From assembly GCA_013115145.1 (NCBI GenBank), contig JAAPAO010000272.1:1-44214 (forward strand): DNA of 44,214 bases, given 5' to 3'. Position 1 is the stretch's first letter. Every line of letters starts with the position of its first letter. The position numbers and the translations under genes were made by a program. The DNA is from Perkinsus chesapeaki ATCC PRA-425. Its lineage: Eukaryota > Protista > Perkinsozoa. Below the pieces are notes generated by a model. It ran no database searches and was not told the origin of the DNA. It saw nothing but the letters and a program-made list of their open reading frames with translations. This document shows, piece after piece, positions 11,518-24,370 of this stretch.

Positions 11518-12375
11518 TCAGTCAAAATCATTTCGCATTTTCATCCACAGCTCGGGCTTCCAGGATCGGCCAGCATGATCCTCACCTATCAAAGTCACCA
11601 ATACTATTGCCAACAGATAGAAACAATTCTTCCTACCGCTCTGTCCTTTAAACCTCTTCATCCTTGTGCGATCTTTACTTGAATACCTGTGCGAGTTTTG
11701 TCGTTCCTTCTTCGACATGCTGGTGAATGTTGGCCGAGGCTCTGCCATCCCTGAGTATTGCCTTAACGAGAGCTACCTTCCCTATCGACTGCTTACCTTT
11801 GCCATGAGGCGGGACCGGCGGCTCTACCGCTTTATCACCATCGGTGACTCGCTGAGTTTCTTCTATATGTTTTTGCTCTGCCGCCCGTCGACGGGCCTCT
11901 TCTCTTTCCCTCTCTAAATCGAATGCCAGCGTTGGCCTGCAACCCAAGACCATCAATTGCCTTATCGCCTGCTTATCGCGCAGCGCCAAGCATGATGGCT
12001 GGGCACTCTTCCACACAATCCGCAAATCATCCAACAGCTTGCCTACCGCGCTTTGTTGGCGACGAAGTTCTTATACGTGAGATCTTCCTCGCCGACCGCC
12101 TCAAAGATGGAGTCGAACGACGGTAGTAGCTTTCCGCTTCCTTCTTCTACAACTTCACCCTCCTCCGTCTGAGGGGTGCAAAGCGATAAACACAACTACC
12201 AAGAGATTCCTACCTCATTCGATTTCTTCACAGCTTTGTCCTCGTCACTATCATCATCACTGTCACTACTGCTGCTGTCGCTATGTCGCCGCTTCTTGCT
12301 CGAGGCCGCTTCAATAGTCTCTACCTCGGATTCCGACGAGGATGAATCGACATCTGAGTATCCCGACGGCAACAT
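11518..12375 (-). CDS. Conserved hypothetical protein, C1orf52/DUF4660 (UPF0690)-like, multi-exon
   Basis: Acidic Ser-rich N-terminus, KLLPSFDSIFEAV segment and a spliced C-terminus KDRTRMKRFKGQSG|EDHAGRSWKPELWMKMRNDFD. This resembles, from memory, the K-R-x-K-G-Q-S...W-K-x-E-x-E-M-x-L-R-Q-x-F-D end of that family. Confidence 0.45.
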
Positions 12376-12482
12376 CGTTACCACCCTTCTGATAGGCATT
12401 CCCTACTGTAACACAACAACAATAATCCTCGACAAGGTCGTCATGTTTAACATCGATAAAGCGATAATGCATCACAGTGATT

Positions 12483-14619
12483 CTATTCCGCATCCTTATT
12501 ACCAGCCAACTTCTCCAAAGCAGAGCTCCATCGACGATTGGCCGGTGATGCCAGCAGGCCCTCAGTGGATGCCGGGGCTCCTCTCTCCCCTAGTATAGCA
12601 GCTGCAGCTTGCACTAAAGACTTCCTCCTCTCTTCCATCTTCTCCCCCAATATGCTATCGAGTGCGCTTGGTCTAGGCTGTCCACCACTCCCCATTAATT
12701 TAGTACCCACCCCTGCCCCTATAATCCTCGCCGCTCCAGCTGCCGATATCGAACCCCTGGAGGCAGCAGCTGGCGAATGGAGTATATGAGCTGCCCTGTT
12801 ATTCGGTGATGGAGCCAATGCTGTCAAGTCAGATGGTAGGGCTGTATTGATTGCACCGGATAGAGTCCTGTTTCCTGTCGAGCCGGTAGTGTGCCTTCTC
12901 CCCGCCATAACATGTGCAATTGATTTTAATGCTTTACGGTGCAGTACAGCATTATTAACAACGTCAGCTAGCGCGTCCTTATCCACCGACTTCAACGAGT
13001 GTTTTCTCGATTCTCCTATTGAAGGTAAGATATTAGACCCAGCCGATGCACGGGACCCTTTACGGCTCCCTGGCATGGGAATTGCGTCCGAGTTCTTCCG
13101 GCTGCTACTCGCGGAGTCACTACGACTGTTCCGTCGACTGCTCCTATGCGATGAGTGCCCACTAGCTCCTCCACTTTCCACCACGCCCCGCGGTGTCATG
13201 TACTCTCTCGGAATCGAAAACTGTCGACTAAAGCGCCTCGGCTTGCCCTCGGCGGCATCCTTGTTGGCCGTTGCTCGCGACCTCTCCTCCGCCTCAATTT
13301 TATCAAACATTTCCTCAGTAAGCGTATTTGATCGTTCTGTTTTCATTAGTGTCCTCGAAGGCCTCCTCCTGCCAGTATTAGCCGCCGACGCAGCTCCTTG
13401 CTGCTGCTGCTGTTGATGATGACTATTCTTACGCTGCTGCTGATGCTCCATCAGTGCAGCAGTAGCGATGCCGCTATCACTCACCACGCCCGAAGCAGGC
13501 TTCTCTTTCACAAAGGTCGACTGAGCGTACGACTCTTTATCAGTAGTTGCCGCCCAAGCCAACTCAGCCTCTCGCATCCTTTTCTCTGTCTCTTTAGCAT
13601 TCTTCTTTTGTTCAGTCCGCAGCTGCCCTTTCTTCCACTCCTTCCCCACCGTGAACATTTTACAATCGATTCTCTCCACAGGCTTGTCTTCAATTGAAAA
13701 GCTGTCGCCCCAGTACCCCTCAGGCCGACATGCCTCGAGATCCACCCTGGAGGCCGCTTCCCTCGGCGTTGCTAAGACCTCTTTAGTATACAGAGGGAGG
13801 GAGCCAAGCCGGTTAAACTGTTCTATTTCATTTGTTCTCCGACGCCTTCGCAAAGGAGGTGCCTGATTGCCCGGAAGGACCGTCGTCCATCTGTCGAAGG
13901 TATAAAAGTGCTTGAAAGTTCGAAGCCTTTTCAGATACCTAAGGACCCACATAACACTTCCCTTCAACAGCAGTCGCTATGCCCACCAGCCGTTTATCGC
14001 ATTGCATTTACTGCAGACAGCGTTGGACATGGTAAAGCCTTCAATGATACCTTTGCGGGGAGGCAGCACACCACCCCAAGGAGCACGTCTCACCGCTGGT
14101 TCAAGGTTACATCGCCGTAATGATATAACCTAATCAAGAACAATCAAGACAATTGTTGCGAATTTTTATTAAATTAGTGACCAATTGCCCAACAAACTCG
14201 CTATTAAGTTATCCACTCGTGATCAACCCCATAATCTGCCCATTGCCATTCACCTCGCTTTTGACACCTATTCCATTGGGGATGACCATGATGGGTGCCA
14301 AGCCCGCCGCCGCCGCCACTGAATCGGGCAGTCGAAGGGTGTTCGAGCTGCTGGCTACGTCAACACATGGTTGATGATGATGATCAGGTTCAAATGGAGG
14401 GCTTGATGGAAGAGATGGTATCACTGACGCCACTGATGGTGACGCGGAGGGTGTCTGGCATGTCGAATCCACAGCAAATTTGGTATAGGCACCCAAAGGC
14501 AAGGGGTCTCCAGTGACGGGGATGCCACAACGTGTACAGTGAAGTGATGGAATGACTGTGAAATGAGAATAGTCATAATTATCGGATGGCAAACCTACCC
14601 GAGGGATCAGCCTTGCCAT
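12483..14619 (-). CDS. Protein with N-terminal CULT/Yippee/Mis18-like Zn-binding domain and a long disordered Ser/Arg-rich tail
   Basis: SLHCTRC in exon 1, then PNGIGVKSE|VISLRRCNL...IIEGFTMSNAVCSKCNAINGW|YLK after splicing, followed by a ~480-codon final exon (ORF 12483-13967). Confidence 0.55.
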
Positions 14620-14955
14620 TAGTAGCCCCTCTTGCCTTGGGAGGGATAACCAAACAAATAGCAGACGGTGGACGGAAGGGGGTATCCTCCATTGATAAAG
14701 CTGATAAGAGATATATGCAATGAATAGGGCACAACAGAGGGGCTTGCTTGAAAAGGGCTATTGAAACGACATGGGCTGCGATGATAGAGGAGACTAATCC
14801 ATAAGCTCATTGTAGAAGCAGAAGCTACTACCACAGTCAGGCTCACCGGCGGTGGTCACTGGACTTAACTCACCACTACTCTGATCACTACGATGAGAGA
14901 ATGATGAAGATGATCTTAGTACCTATCACCAATCCGTAGCCGCCACCATCACCTA

Positions 14956-16813
14956 TCATGCTTTGGGTTTGCCTACCGTGAGATGGTTAAACTTAACTTG
15001 TTTAGTGCGAAGATAATCGATATTATTCTCGTTAGGTCTGGCCGGTACTGCTTTAACTTCTTCAACTAAATCGCCCAAAGCTGCCACCTTGGCTGGGTTG
15101 TTAGTGTATAAGACAACAGACTTGATGCCCAAATGGCGCAGGGCCTGCCCCAGGCAGCAGCAGCAATGAAAGCCTTTACTACGGCACTAGCTGGCCTACC
15201 CTTCGGGCATCGGTGAAATCACGGCAGTCGGGAGCGTATCCGAGCTTCAAGTTAGACTCAACAGTATCGAGTCCTTTCCTATCCTGTAGGTTATACGCCT
15301 TAATCTTATTAGCCAGTCCAATCCCTAATAACACTATTTAGTGTAAACAACAACGACAATACCCCTTCTTTACTACCTCTCCCTTCATGACCTCTGATAT
15401 ACAGTAGGACCCCTCTCGCCTCCTCATCAATGGTGACAAGGAAGTCCAAGAGCTGATCACCACAGTCACACCTATCGTATGGTGATGGCTAACTCCATTC
15501 AAGCTAGTTGACTGTAGCCTACTTCATGCTCCTTAAGACATCACCAGTGAAGCATTCCGAATGAACTCTAACAGGTACGTGAGATCCTAAAAGAGAGTTA
15601 TCCTTTACAGAAAGGTGAATAGACCACTGACGTCCGTAGACATCTCCTTTAATAAGGGTAACTATCTCTAAGGACGGATCAGAGCATCCTCTATAGACAC
15701 GGAGATCACAGTGGGTAGTGGAGCGAACGTGATGTAGAGGTACACGACACGAGGATAGCTGACAAGGGATAAGGGAAGGGTAAACGAGGAGCACGGGCTA
15801 CCAGTTTGATATCTGGCTTGGCAGCAGCTTGAGGCGTGGTAGGAGCATTAATATAGATATCACTGCACTTCACGGCATACTCTTTAAGCATGACCGTGCT
15901 AATCTGATAGAAAAAGCGTAAAACACAAAGAGTAAGGTTGAATAGGTGACCAGAGGTATCCCATGTTCTTTGGCGAATGCCTTGCATTCATCTAGACGCA
16001 TCATGTCACCTTCATCGGTCATCATTTCAGCAATAGCAGCAACAGTCTCAAGACCGGCTAGCCGGCAAAGATCGTATCTAATCTTCAAGCTTGCAAGATA
16101 CTTCGAAGGTTACTAGTTACGCCGATTCAGTATGCCCATCTCTTTCAATAAGCCCATTTGGTTTAGCACATAAAGGGAACATATGACCTAATTCAACAGC
16201 CTCTACTAAGCCTTCTTCTTCCACCTCCTTTCTCAACCTACCCGGCTTGCTAAAATCCTCAGGTTTGTTACTTATATCCGAGAAAGCTTTCAACGTATTA
16301 ACCCTAACCGAGCCCGACGATAATCAACTCTACACTGGTAACCCTCACCTATCTTGCGCGCTGACGCCTGTTGTGGTTGTAGGTATATAATCGGTTGCTA
16401 CATGAAAGTTAGTGCCATTAGAATCAGTGTTGTTAGGTGTTGCAACATGGAGTCTGATGAAGGAGGTTAAAGGGGGGCATGGGGGAGGAGGTCGGTTACC
16501 CAAACGCATCCAACCTCTCTTTATCGGTAACAATACAGACAATGCCGGTTGAATGGCGAATCATAAATGACATATCCTGACCTCACAAGTATCTTGCATG
16601 GTGAACCTCATAGAGTATCTTATAACCTTTTTGGTGCATCCGTGAGCGCTTATTATAAAATCACATTCGTTTTCCCTATCAAGTCTATCCATAACCATAA
16701 CCTACATTACCAACCTACATCACTTCACAGCATAACACCATCGCCCTTACCATTCGACCATCCTTAAAAGCTCTAACTGCAGCCTCAACAACGGAGCGTT
16801 CCTCTACGTCCAT
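14956..16813 (-). CDS. ribBA: Bifunctional 3,4-dihydroxy-2-butanone-4-phosphate synthase / GTP cyclohydrolase II (riboflavin synthesis), many exons
   Basis: N-terminal [21 protein letters not shown]|[27 protein letters not shown] and [16 protein letters not shown] (RibB). Then [12 protein letters not shown]|CDCGDQL, GHEGR|[15 protein letters not shown] and YTNNPAKV (RibA). The C-terminal exon may extend to about 14800. Confidence 0.92.
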
Positions 16814-17072
16814 GTTGCAAGGAAAACTGCTCGGAATGGCTTGCACATAGGAAAAGACATTTCGCGTCAAATCGCAATCCACGCCTTCTCTCAGATTTAG
16901 CTCAACAATGAAATGACTCCCTCAGCCGACGTTCATGAAATCAACCTTTGCGCATCTTAATTTTAGGGCGCTCGCAGTTTACCAGAGACGGTGACGCGTT
17001 TTGGGGGACAATTACGGTCGTTAGGGAATTGGCTGTGTTGCGGTATGGATTATTGGTAGGTTGTTTTAAGTG

Positions 17073-17589
17073 ATGGCATCTGAACCCTCTGAGACAGTTG
17101 GCAATAGTCTATCACCTCAACTTAAAGATACTTCAGAGGTTAACAATGGAGCATCTATAGCAGCTGTGGTTAATGTAGCAACATTGGGAAGGAGGCTTAG
17201 TCGGAGGTCTGTGAAGCCTATAACACCTGTATTGAAGAGGAGGAGTAGCGCCCCTGGTGAGGGCCCGCGGATAAATCAAGCATTAAAGGGCACGGTCACG
17301 CATAACTTACCTCCAGAAGCTATGGGAAGTCGAAGAGGATCGGCTGATGCATTTGTGTTGCCCAGGAAGCATCGTGAGAATCAAGTGAGTATCTTAGGTT
17401 CAAGCATGCAAGATACGCCATAGGTTGATTCGTGGTATACTTTCTTCTCAGTCCGAAATTAGTGCACCCAAGTCTACTACATCATATTCAGTGGAGTCCA
17501 GTGCCCAGCGTCTTATCGACAGCTCTGGCATGATCAACTCTGGCAGCCTCACCCGAACCTCCTCGATCCCTCGACGATTGAGCAATTAG
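17073..17589 (+). CDS. Hypothetical low-complexity Ser/Arg-rich protein (2 exons)
   Basis: 117-codon first exon MASEPSETVG... with a GT donor after ENQ and an AG acceptor near 17450. It is transcribed divergently from ribBA. No recognisable domain. Confidence 0.35.
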
Positions 17590-17703
17590 ATGTCATGTTG
17601 TAACATCATCCTCATCAAGTATAATGTAATCATCTCATAGCCCCCAGTATTGAGTTGTTGGTGTTGCTCTTTATTATCCTTCGTCAGCTATTACTTCAAC
17701 TCC

Positions 17704-19091
17704 ATGCTAACCTTTTCTTTATTGCTCCTATTAGCAGCTACTACAACAACCAAGGCTTTTGACGGCATCTTCGAGGGCAGTCAGGTTATACAGGACAATG
17801 GTGACTCATTTCTCACCATCCTTGTCAAAGTAGTATTATTCAGTAAAGGGGGTATCATTTGCTCATCAGGTCGGTGATAAGATTATCAAGGTTATCCCTG
17901 ATAGTGGATCTTTTGATCTCTACCTAATAGACCAAGGAGCATGCTCTAAAGGATTAGGCCTTTGCAGTCTGGCTTACAACTCCAAACAGTAAGCAACACC
18001 AGCAGCAGATATCTAACAAGATTGAGAAACACCTATCGATCAGGTCAAATACTCATACATGTCCATCAAGTGAAGTGATAAAGGATGTAGTGTTCGGTAG
18101 TGGAACGGCAAGATGCCGTCTAGGCTTCGATAAAGCCGAACTGGTAGGGGGGATCAAAGGCATTTGGCAGGTATAAAGTTCATTAGGTTAATAATGCTGA
18201 GGCTGCCGCTGAAGTTGCTGCTACTACTTCTGCTGAGAGCCACACTAAACCCTCGTCACTTGCCGCCCGGCAAGATAAACAGATCCCAAAGGTCCTCTTC
18301 CCGCTATGGCAGATATTTGCCCTTGATGAAGGATTGCTAAGAATGTAAGGATGAACCGCCTCCTCCGCCTGTTGCTGATAGATGTCATTTCAGTTGGGGG
18401 GATGGTCAAGGGTTCCAAGGTATACTGGGAATGGGGTATAAAGCTGGAGAGGATGTCAGCCCCGATGAAGTAAGACGAATCTTACTCACCAATTTCAGAG
18501 GCTCTTCAAACACCATGCGCGAATCTATGGACGTCTGCGGACTGCATCACCTTCTGCATTGATCGTGTATCATGTTCAGGCCATTAAGCAACTTAACGCT
18601 ACCGAAGGCGTCTCCGCTGTGACAGGCATATCAACACTTGCACCCGGTGAAGGGGCATCTGAACTATTTACCGATAGATTTGCTGTTTGCCTGCCCAGAG
18701 GGTCTAGGGTGAGTAGAATCATTCGATAACGAACCTCGAGAACTATGGTCAGCAGGCTAAGAAACTCGTACTTGCCGAGACAGGAAGCCGCCTGCGGAAG
18801 AATCAGAAGGCGATGTCGCTGGCCGCGGAGGGTGAGAAATCAGTACCAGAGGAGACTGGTGGATCTGATGATAAAGGTAATAACGGTAATGATAGTACAG
18901 GAGGGAGAGGTAGTCGTGCATTCTCAGGCATGCTGTGGTGGGGCCAAGCTATACCGAGATCTAGGAAGTTTGCCATCACTACTCCAGTCATTGGGGTGAG
19001 ACATTGGACTATAGATGTTAAAGGAATTGAGGTGAGAATAACGAGAAGCTGTTGGGCTAGAAGGATGGGAAATAGGGACGCAATGTTATAA
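17704..19091 (+). CDS. Hypothetical secreted multi-exon protein
   Basis: MLTFSLLLLLAATTTTKA signal peptide followed by short exon-like segments bounded by GT/AG. The 3' end is uncertain. Confidence 0.35.
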
Positions 19092-20874
19092 TGGTATTAT
19101 CTGCATTGAACCTTTAATAGTTTATTAGTCTGAATCAAATTAGGAACATTCCTTAATCTTCAGTTTTTAAGCAGGCGCTTGTTGGCATTTATATATAAAA
19201 CTGTATATAATGGACCATAAGGAGATATTAGACCTTATTTATAATATATACCATTATATAAAATATCTAAGTAGATCACACAATCAAGGCACTTTAGAAT
19301 TTTATGTATTAATATGAAATTATGAGCCTCTAATAGTAAAGCTTGATCACACCTGGTGAGTAGTCGTGCTTTAGCGCCGGCGGCGGCGGTGGCACTACCG
19401 CCGGGGGGTGTATGGTTTTGGTAAGATGATGTCATCCGGGTCGATGTAGGTGGCGATGGTTGATCATATTGGTTATTGGAATGTATTCGAGGCTGATGAT
19501 GTGTAGATAATTATAACATGTTTGTTATCTATCATAATCTCCGTGGTCCTCAGGTTGTTGATTCTTCTAAGAAGGGCAGCAGCAGCAGTACCCCCCTCAC
19601 TTCATTCTGTGATAAGTCATCCTGTGCTGCACTGGTTGATAGTGGTAAGCAACTTTAACAGTAGGCTTAAGAAGAACATGCATGAATTTTCAATTTCATT
19701 GTCTCCATCGTTATAAAGACTCTAACTATGTGAGACTAAATAAAGATTCTTTCTAGGTCGGTATGCTGTTACCCACTATCCCACTCGCCATATTGTTATT
19801 GTGCTGTTGTTGTTGCTGCTGCTGGTGTTAGGCACCTCTTTATTCGCTTTACCAGCCCCAAGAGTGAAGCAGATATTCGCCAGTTTGGGCGATCTCAAAC
19901 TGGACTGCTCCAATGTTCAAGATTTACCCGATATCAAGTACTATCGACTTGAATCGCTTTGGGAATAATTTCGTGGCGCGCAGGATTGCAGTTGGAGATT
20001 CGAAACAGCCGTTGGTGATCACACCAGAGTCATATGTTATGAAGATTCAGTCTCATGACCTTCACCTGTATGAGTCGCTCGGCCAGAGCCTCATGCTTGG
20101 AGGGAATCTTGAACAGTTCAAGAAGAATGGCGGCGCTCAGAACATTACACTGTGTAGGCTGACACGTTGATGATGATGATGTTTCTTCTCCTTCACAACT
20201 CCCTCTTCCTCAGGTCTACCAGCTTTCATGTCCTCACCTGTCTCGCAAGCAACAGTTCGAGACTTGCCATCATTCGCTGAAACTAATGATCACCTGACTG
20301 AGATGATGGTCAGCGGAGGGGGGCTGATAGTGTTAACTTTAGCTCTGTCGATTTAGATCCTTGGTATTCCGATATTTAGAGAATACACCGTCCTCTTCGA
20401 TAGAGAAAGGAGTACAATAGGATTTGACAGGTAGTAGGCAGCCATCAATTGGTCGTTCTTCGTGTCATATCACCGACTATCATCAGGAACCCTGAAGATG
20501 GCCCAAGCTGCGGCGGCGTTGCTGCTGGTGGTAGTAGTAGTGGCACCTCGCTCATTCATCGTGGACGTGCCAATGGCGGCAGACCTCTGACTGTAAGGCC
20601 GCGCGGGGTCGTGGCAACACTGCGGCGATTAAGTTGTTGTTGTCCTTTTAGATCCGTGAAATGCCGCGTCCAGAGCATTTGGTATTCCCGAGCGGATTGG
20701 ACTCAATAAAGAAGATGGCGCCGCCTCTCAGTGGCGCTGTGATAGGCTCTGAGATGATCCTCTGAGTCATGCTGCATGGTCGTGGCCGTGGTGTTAATAA
20801 TCAGCGATATTCAGGCAACTTGAATTCACAGTGTCAAAATTGATAACTCTGTCAGCAGCAGCATCAGTTTCACA

Positions 20875-22223
20875 ATGTTTAATCATCGGTATCGTCTCCT
20901 TTCACCATCTATGGTGTCTATTTTAATTCTCGCAGCCTTCCGCTGCTGCTGCACCACCACCACGCCTGCCGCCTACTCCGCTACTTCAATCGCCTCCTCC
21001 ATGAACTCGACGTCTCTGAAGACCGAAGACGACGACGATGCTTCGATAAATGTTGGGGAAGTATCCAATTCCGCAAGAAATGCTTCCTCGGGCTTTACAA
21101 TCGATATTCCTGCAATGCTTCTAACACCCCCGATTTTCATCGTCCCTGCTGCCCGCCGGTACGAGTGTGCCCAGCGCTCGGTCACCTGCAACATCGTAAC
21201 GGACAGTGCTCTTCTTTTGCCTGACAATGCAGACGGTTGGACTCTGGATGACCTGATGGAATACGTTCTAGTGGGAGATCCAGTAAATATGGCGCCTGAA
21301 GGAGATGGGCCCTCTGACCCAGTTCCGTCGGTGTCATCTAGTGCTGAAAAAAGGAAAGAGATCACGTACTGGGTCATCTCATTCGCTTTTACCCACTAAC
21401 AGTCGTCGTCTTTAACAGGTTCGAATCTTTCGGTTCCTTCTCCGCCCCAACCGCTACTGATGGTCCTACAATTCTGTACAGGGTATGTTTTATCATTAAT
21501 TATACCATAGATATCTTGTTTGTTGTTTAGGTTTGGCTTCTGAGGAATCTTTCCCAAATGGCTTTAGGTTGGTATAATGTGAACCTGCGTGATCCCAGGA
21601 ACTCCTCACGAGGCACCCTTACCATCGGACTCTTGAACATCACTGATTTCGGTAAGGTATAAGTGCTGCTGCTGCTATTGCCTATTCACATCTTTCCTTC
21701 CTGTATCCCATCACATCACCCTTTAGATCTCCCCGTTCCCACTAATATTGGCCAATTCGGCTTCGGCTTCGGCAGCGCCGATGGTAGGAATAATACTAAC
21801 TATCAGTTCCAGTTCATATTAATAATATTATTCCTCTCAGTTGACCTACCAAATGATCCTTGCCAAGTTCGTCTGATAGTTCTAACTACATTTTTCGGCA
21901 CAGCTTTAGCGGTGCTTGTTATATTAATACTTGTCTCCATTATTGGAACGCTTAGATTGCCCAAATTTGACCACCTTTTCTGTGGGATATGCTGCGCTAG
22001 ACCATCGAATTCCCCTCCAACGGATACGCCAGTTATGGCTACAATGGTACGCGAGGAGGAGGAGGAAGGTGAAGATGAGAGAAGGACAGCACTCATCATC
22101 GGAGATCATCACACTCAACGAACACTGCGGCGATCGTCATCTGCTGCTCCTGCTTCCAGTGATGGTTCACCACCTCTCGAGCTTTTGGCGGCGGCTGCTG
22201 CAGCGGCTACCGGTAATCGGTGA
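20875..22223 (+). CDS. Type-I membrane protein A (signal, ectodomain, one TM, acidic/Ser-rich tail)
   Basis: Signal-like MVSILILAAFRCCC, exon FWLLRNLSQMALGWYNVNLRDP, TM LIVLTTFFGTALAVLVILILVSIIG and juxtamembrane FCGICC. Confidence 0.55.
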
Positions 22224-22455
22224 CAGCTCCCCTTGTTGTTAGTATAATTTATCTTTATATTCTTTATAGATTTGTTCTAACAGATACTTGTCGTGTTTCT
22301 TCCCGCTACCAACAACGAGATCAACAGTTGTTACTCTTGTCAGTTGTTGTTGTTGTTTTTGTTGTCCTACAGCATTCCTCCACTACCCCACTGCTGCTGC
22401 GGCTGCTGCTTGAGAATAACAACACCATAGATTTGCAATAAGGCCCTTCTACTTC

Positions 22456-23719
22456 ATGTCATCATCATCATGCTGCTGCAGCACTCCATCATCTACAGCT
22501 TCGTCGTCGATGATGAAAATGATATTATTGTTCTACCTCTTTGTTGGTATCACTACTGGAACCATAGACTCGCCCTCGATAGCAACAACCACAACAGGGT
22601 CACCGTCATCATCATCATCGGCAATATCAGCACGGCGGCAACCTCATGGATCATCACCATGGATGACGATGGCACCACCAGGCGATGGCGTCGGATCAAG
22701 TTCTCGTGCAACCTACTGTCCGAAAAAGACAGAAGTATGCACCGTTATGTTTATTAACCTTGATTTCACGATAAATTACACTCTCATAGCTGTGCCGACT
22801 ACATTTGATACGAAGGAAGGAGTTGGACCAGTGCTACTATCGTAATATCCTGTGCACTATCTGTATTACTATTAATGCTCGTGTATGGTTAGGTTTAAAC
22901 CATATGTTGGAGCAATTGATAGCGCTGAGGCCTACCCAGCTCCTGAGGTGCAATATATGTGGGTAAGTCAGGCAAAGGAGAAGAAGGAGGGGCGCTATGG
23001 TTTTATATTATTATCATCGCTTAGATATTCTGGTTTAAAGATATGAGCTACGGTACGTACACGCTTTATATATCCAAAGAGTCTGCCAAGACAATGACGC
23101 CTGTAGGCATACTCATCAACGGAGGCTGTAAGGGAGAGAAGACTGATGACACTATATTACCTCGATTCATGCTGTTAGATAGTCCTGAAGGTTTATTACC
23201 CTCGATAGGAGGTAATGATAATACTGCCTGCAATAAGCAGCTACAGACAATGACAGCACTTCTCATCGCAACCAGTGTTGCTATAGCTGTCATTGGACTA
23301 CCTCTCTTTATCGTATTGAGAATTCGAAGACAACGTCGAAAACACAGCGTGGATCGTATCGATGCTGAAGAAGCGACAGCAGCCGGTATCTCATTGCTCG
23401 CCTCCCGTGGATCAGTGACACCACGTCATCGGTATGGACGGAGGTCAGACGACAGTGATGACATGTACTCTGAAGGCTCGGACTTGGTAACACTATATGC
23501 ATTAGACCCGCTACAGGTAGACAGCAGGTGGTGTTGATATTCATTATTATTATTTAATCATTATTTTAGGATCTTGACGACGGCGGCGGGAACATGCTTC
23601 ATTTCGCTCATTCTCAACTTGCAGTTTACGACGCTCCCCCACCGAGCGTTGCTGGATCTGATTCCACTTTGGCGTCGAGTCAGGCAGCATCTCCGCGGTT
23701 TTTAATAAATGATAACTGA
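22456..23719 (+). CDS. Type-I membrane protein B
   Basis: Signal MMKMILLFYLFVGITTG, a Thr/Ser-rich mucin-like stalk, exon IFWFKDMSYGTYTLYISKE, TM ALLIATSVAIAVIGLPLFIVL followed by stop-transfer RIRRQRRK, and a cytosolic tail. Confidence 0.6.
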
Positions 23720-24370
23720 AAATGGCAGCTACCGAGCAGCTGTTATTATTATATTTTTTCCGTTCATCGGTCTGAACGGATCCCTTACTATTTACCTGTA
23801 TCTCTACGTTTTTACAAAAACGTTAATATTTTTATAGTATCGGTGTCATAGTATGGAAAGTAGCAGCATCAACAGCATGACCATATGTGACATCGTCATT
23901 ATTACTATTAATACTAAGAAGACTGTAACATGACCTTCGTCAGCAATTGACTCGTTGATACATCTTAACCGGCAATAGTCGTTACTGGACGACCTCTTGA
24001 ATACTTCATCATCATCACCGCTCTCTCTGTAGGCGTCATCATCACTTAACAGCAACAACAGAAGCTTGTTAATTTCGCAACGAAACCTTCATTGGCTCTG
24101 ATTACAGCAACTTGTATTTATTTTTCTCAATTCATTTCGATGTTGTGTTCTTCATCGGTACTGGAATATCGTTGTCACCTCAAATGATAGTAGCGGGCGC
24201 TGTCTGTCCTCGTCCTGCTTCTATCGGTTTGCATCATACAGCCGCCGCCGCACCCTTACAGAGTGTCCCTTGCGGATAGGAACCGTCGAGATCGTTTCAG
24301 ACCTTGTGGGCTTGTGTCTGGCTCATTAGAGATATCTCACCTCAACTGTTTTGAGAATTTGCCGAGCGTG

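Noticed and set aside
12538-13866. Several plus-strand ORFs (up to 189 aa) opposite the 494-aa ORF
   Set aside because: Antisense shadows of a GC-rich low-complexity exon.
14933-14945. CCGTAGCC resembling the start of the dinoflagellate/Perkinsus spliced leader
   Set aside because: The match stops after 8 nt (no ATYTTGGCTCAAG); no SL gene or relic is supported.
19235-20800. Probable coding region between the 17.7-kb gene and membrane protein A
   Set aside because: Open segments exist on both strands and I could not decide the strand or a consistent exon chain, so it is not called.
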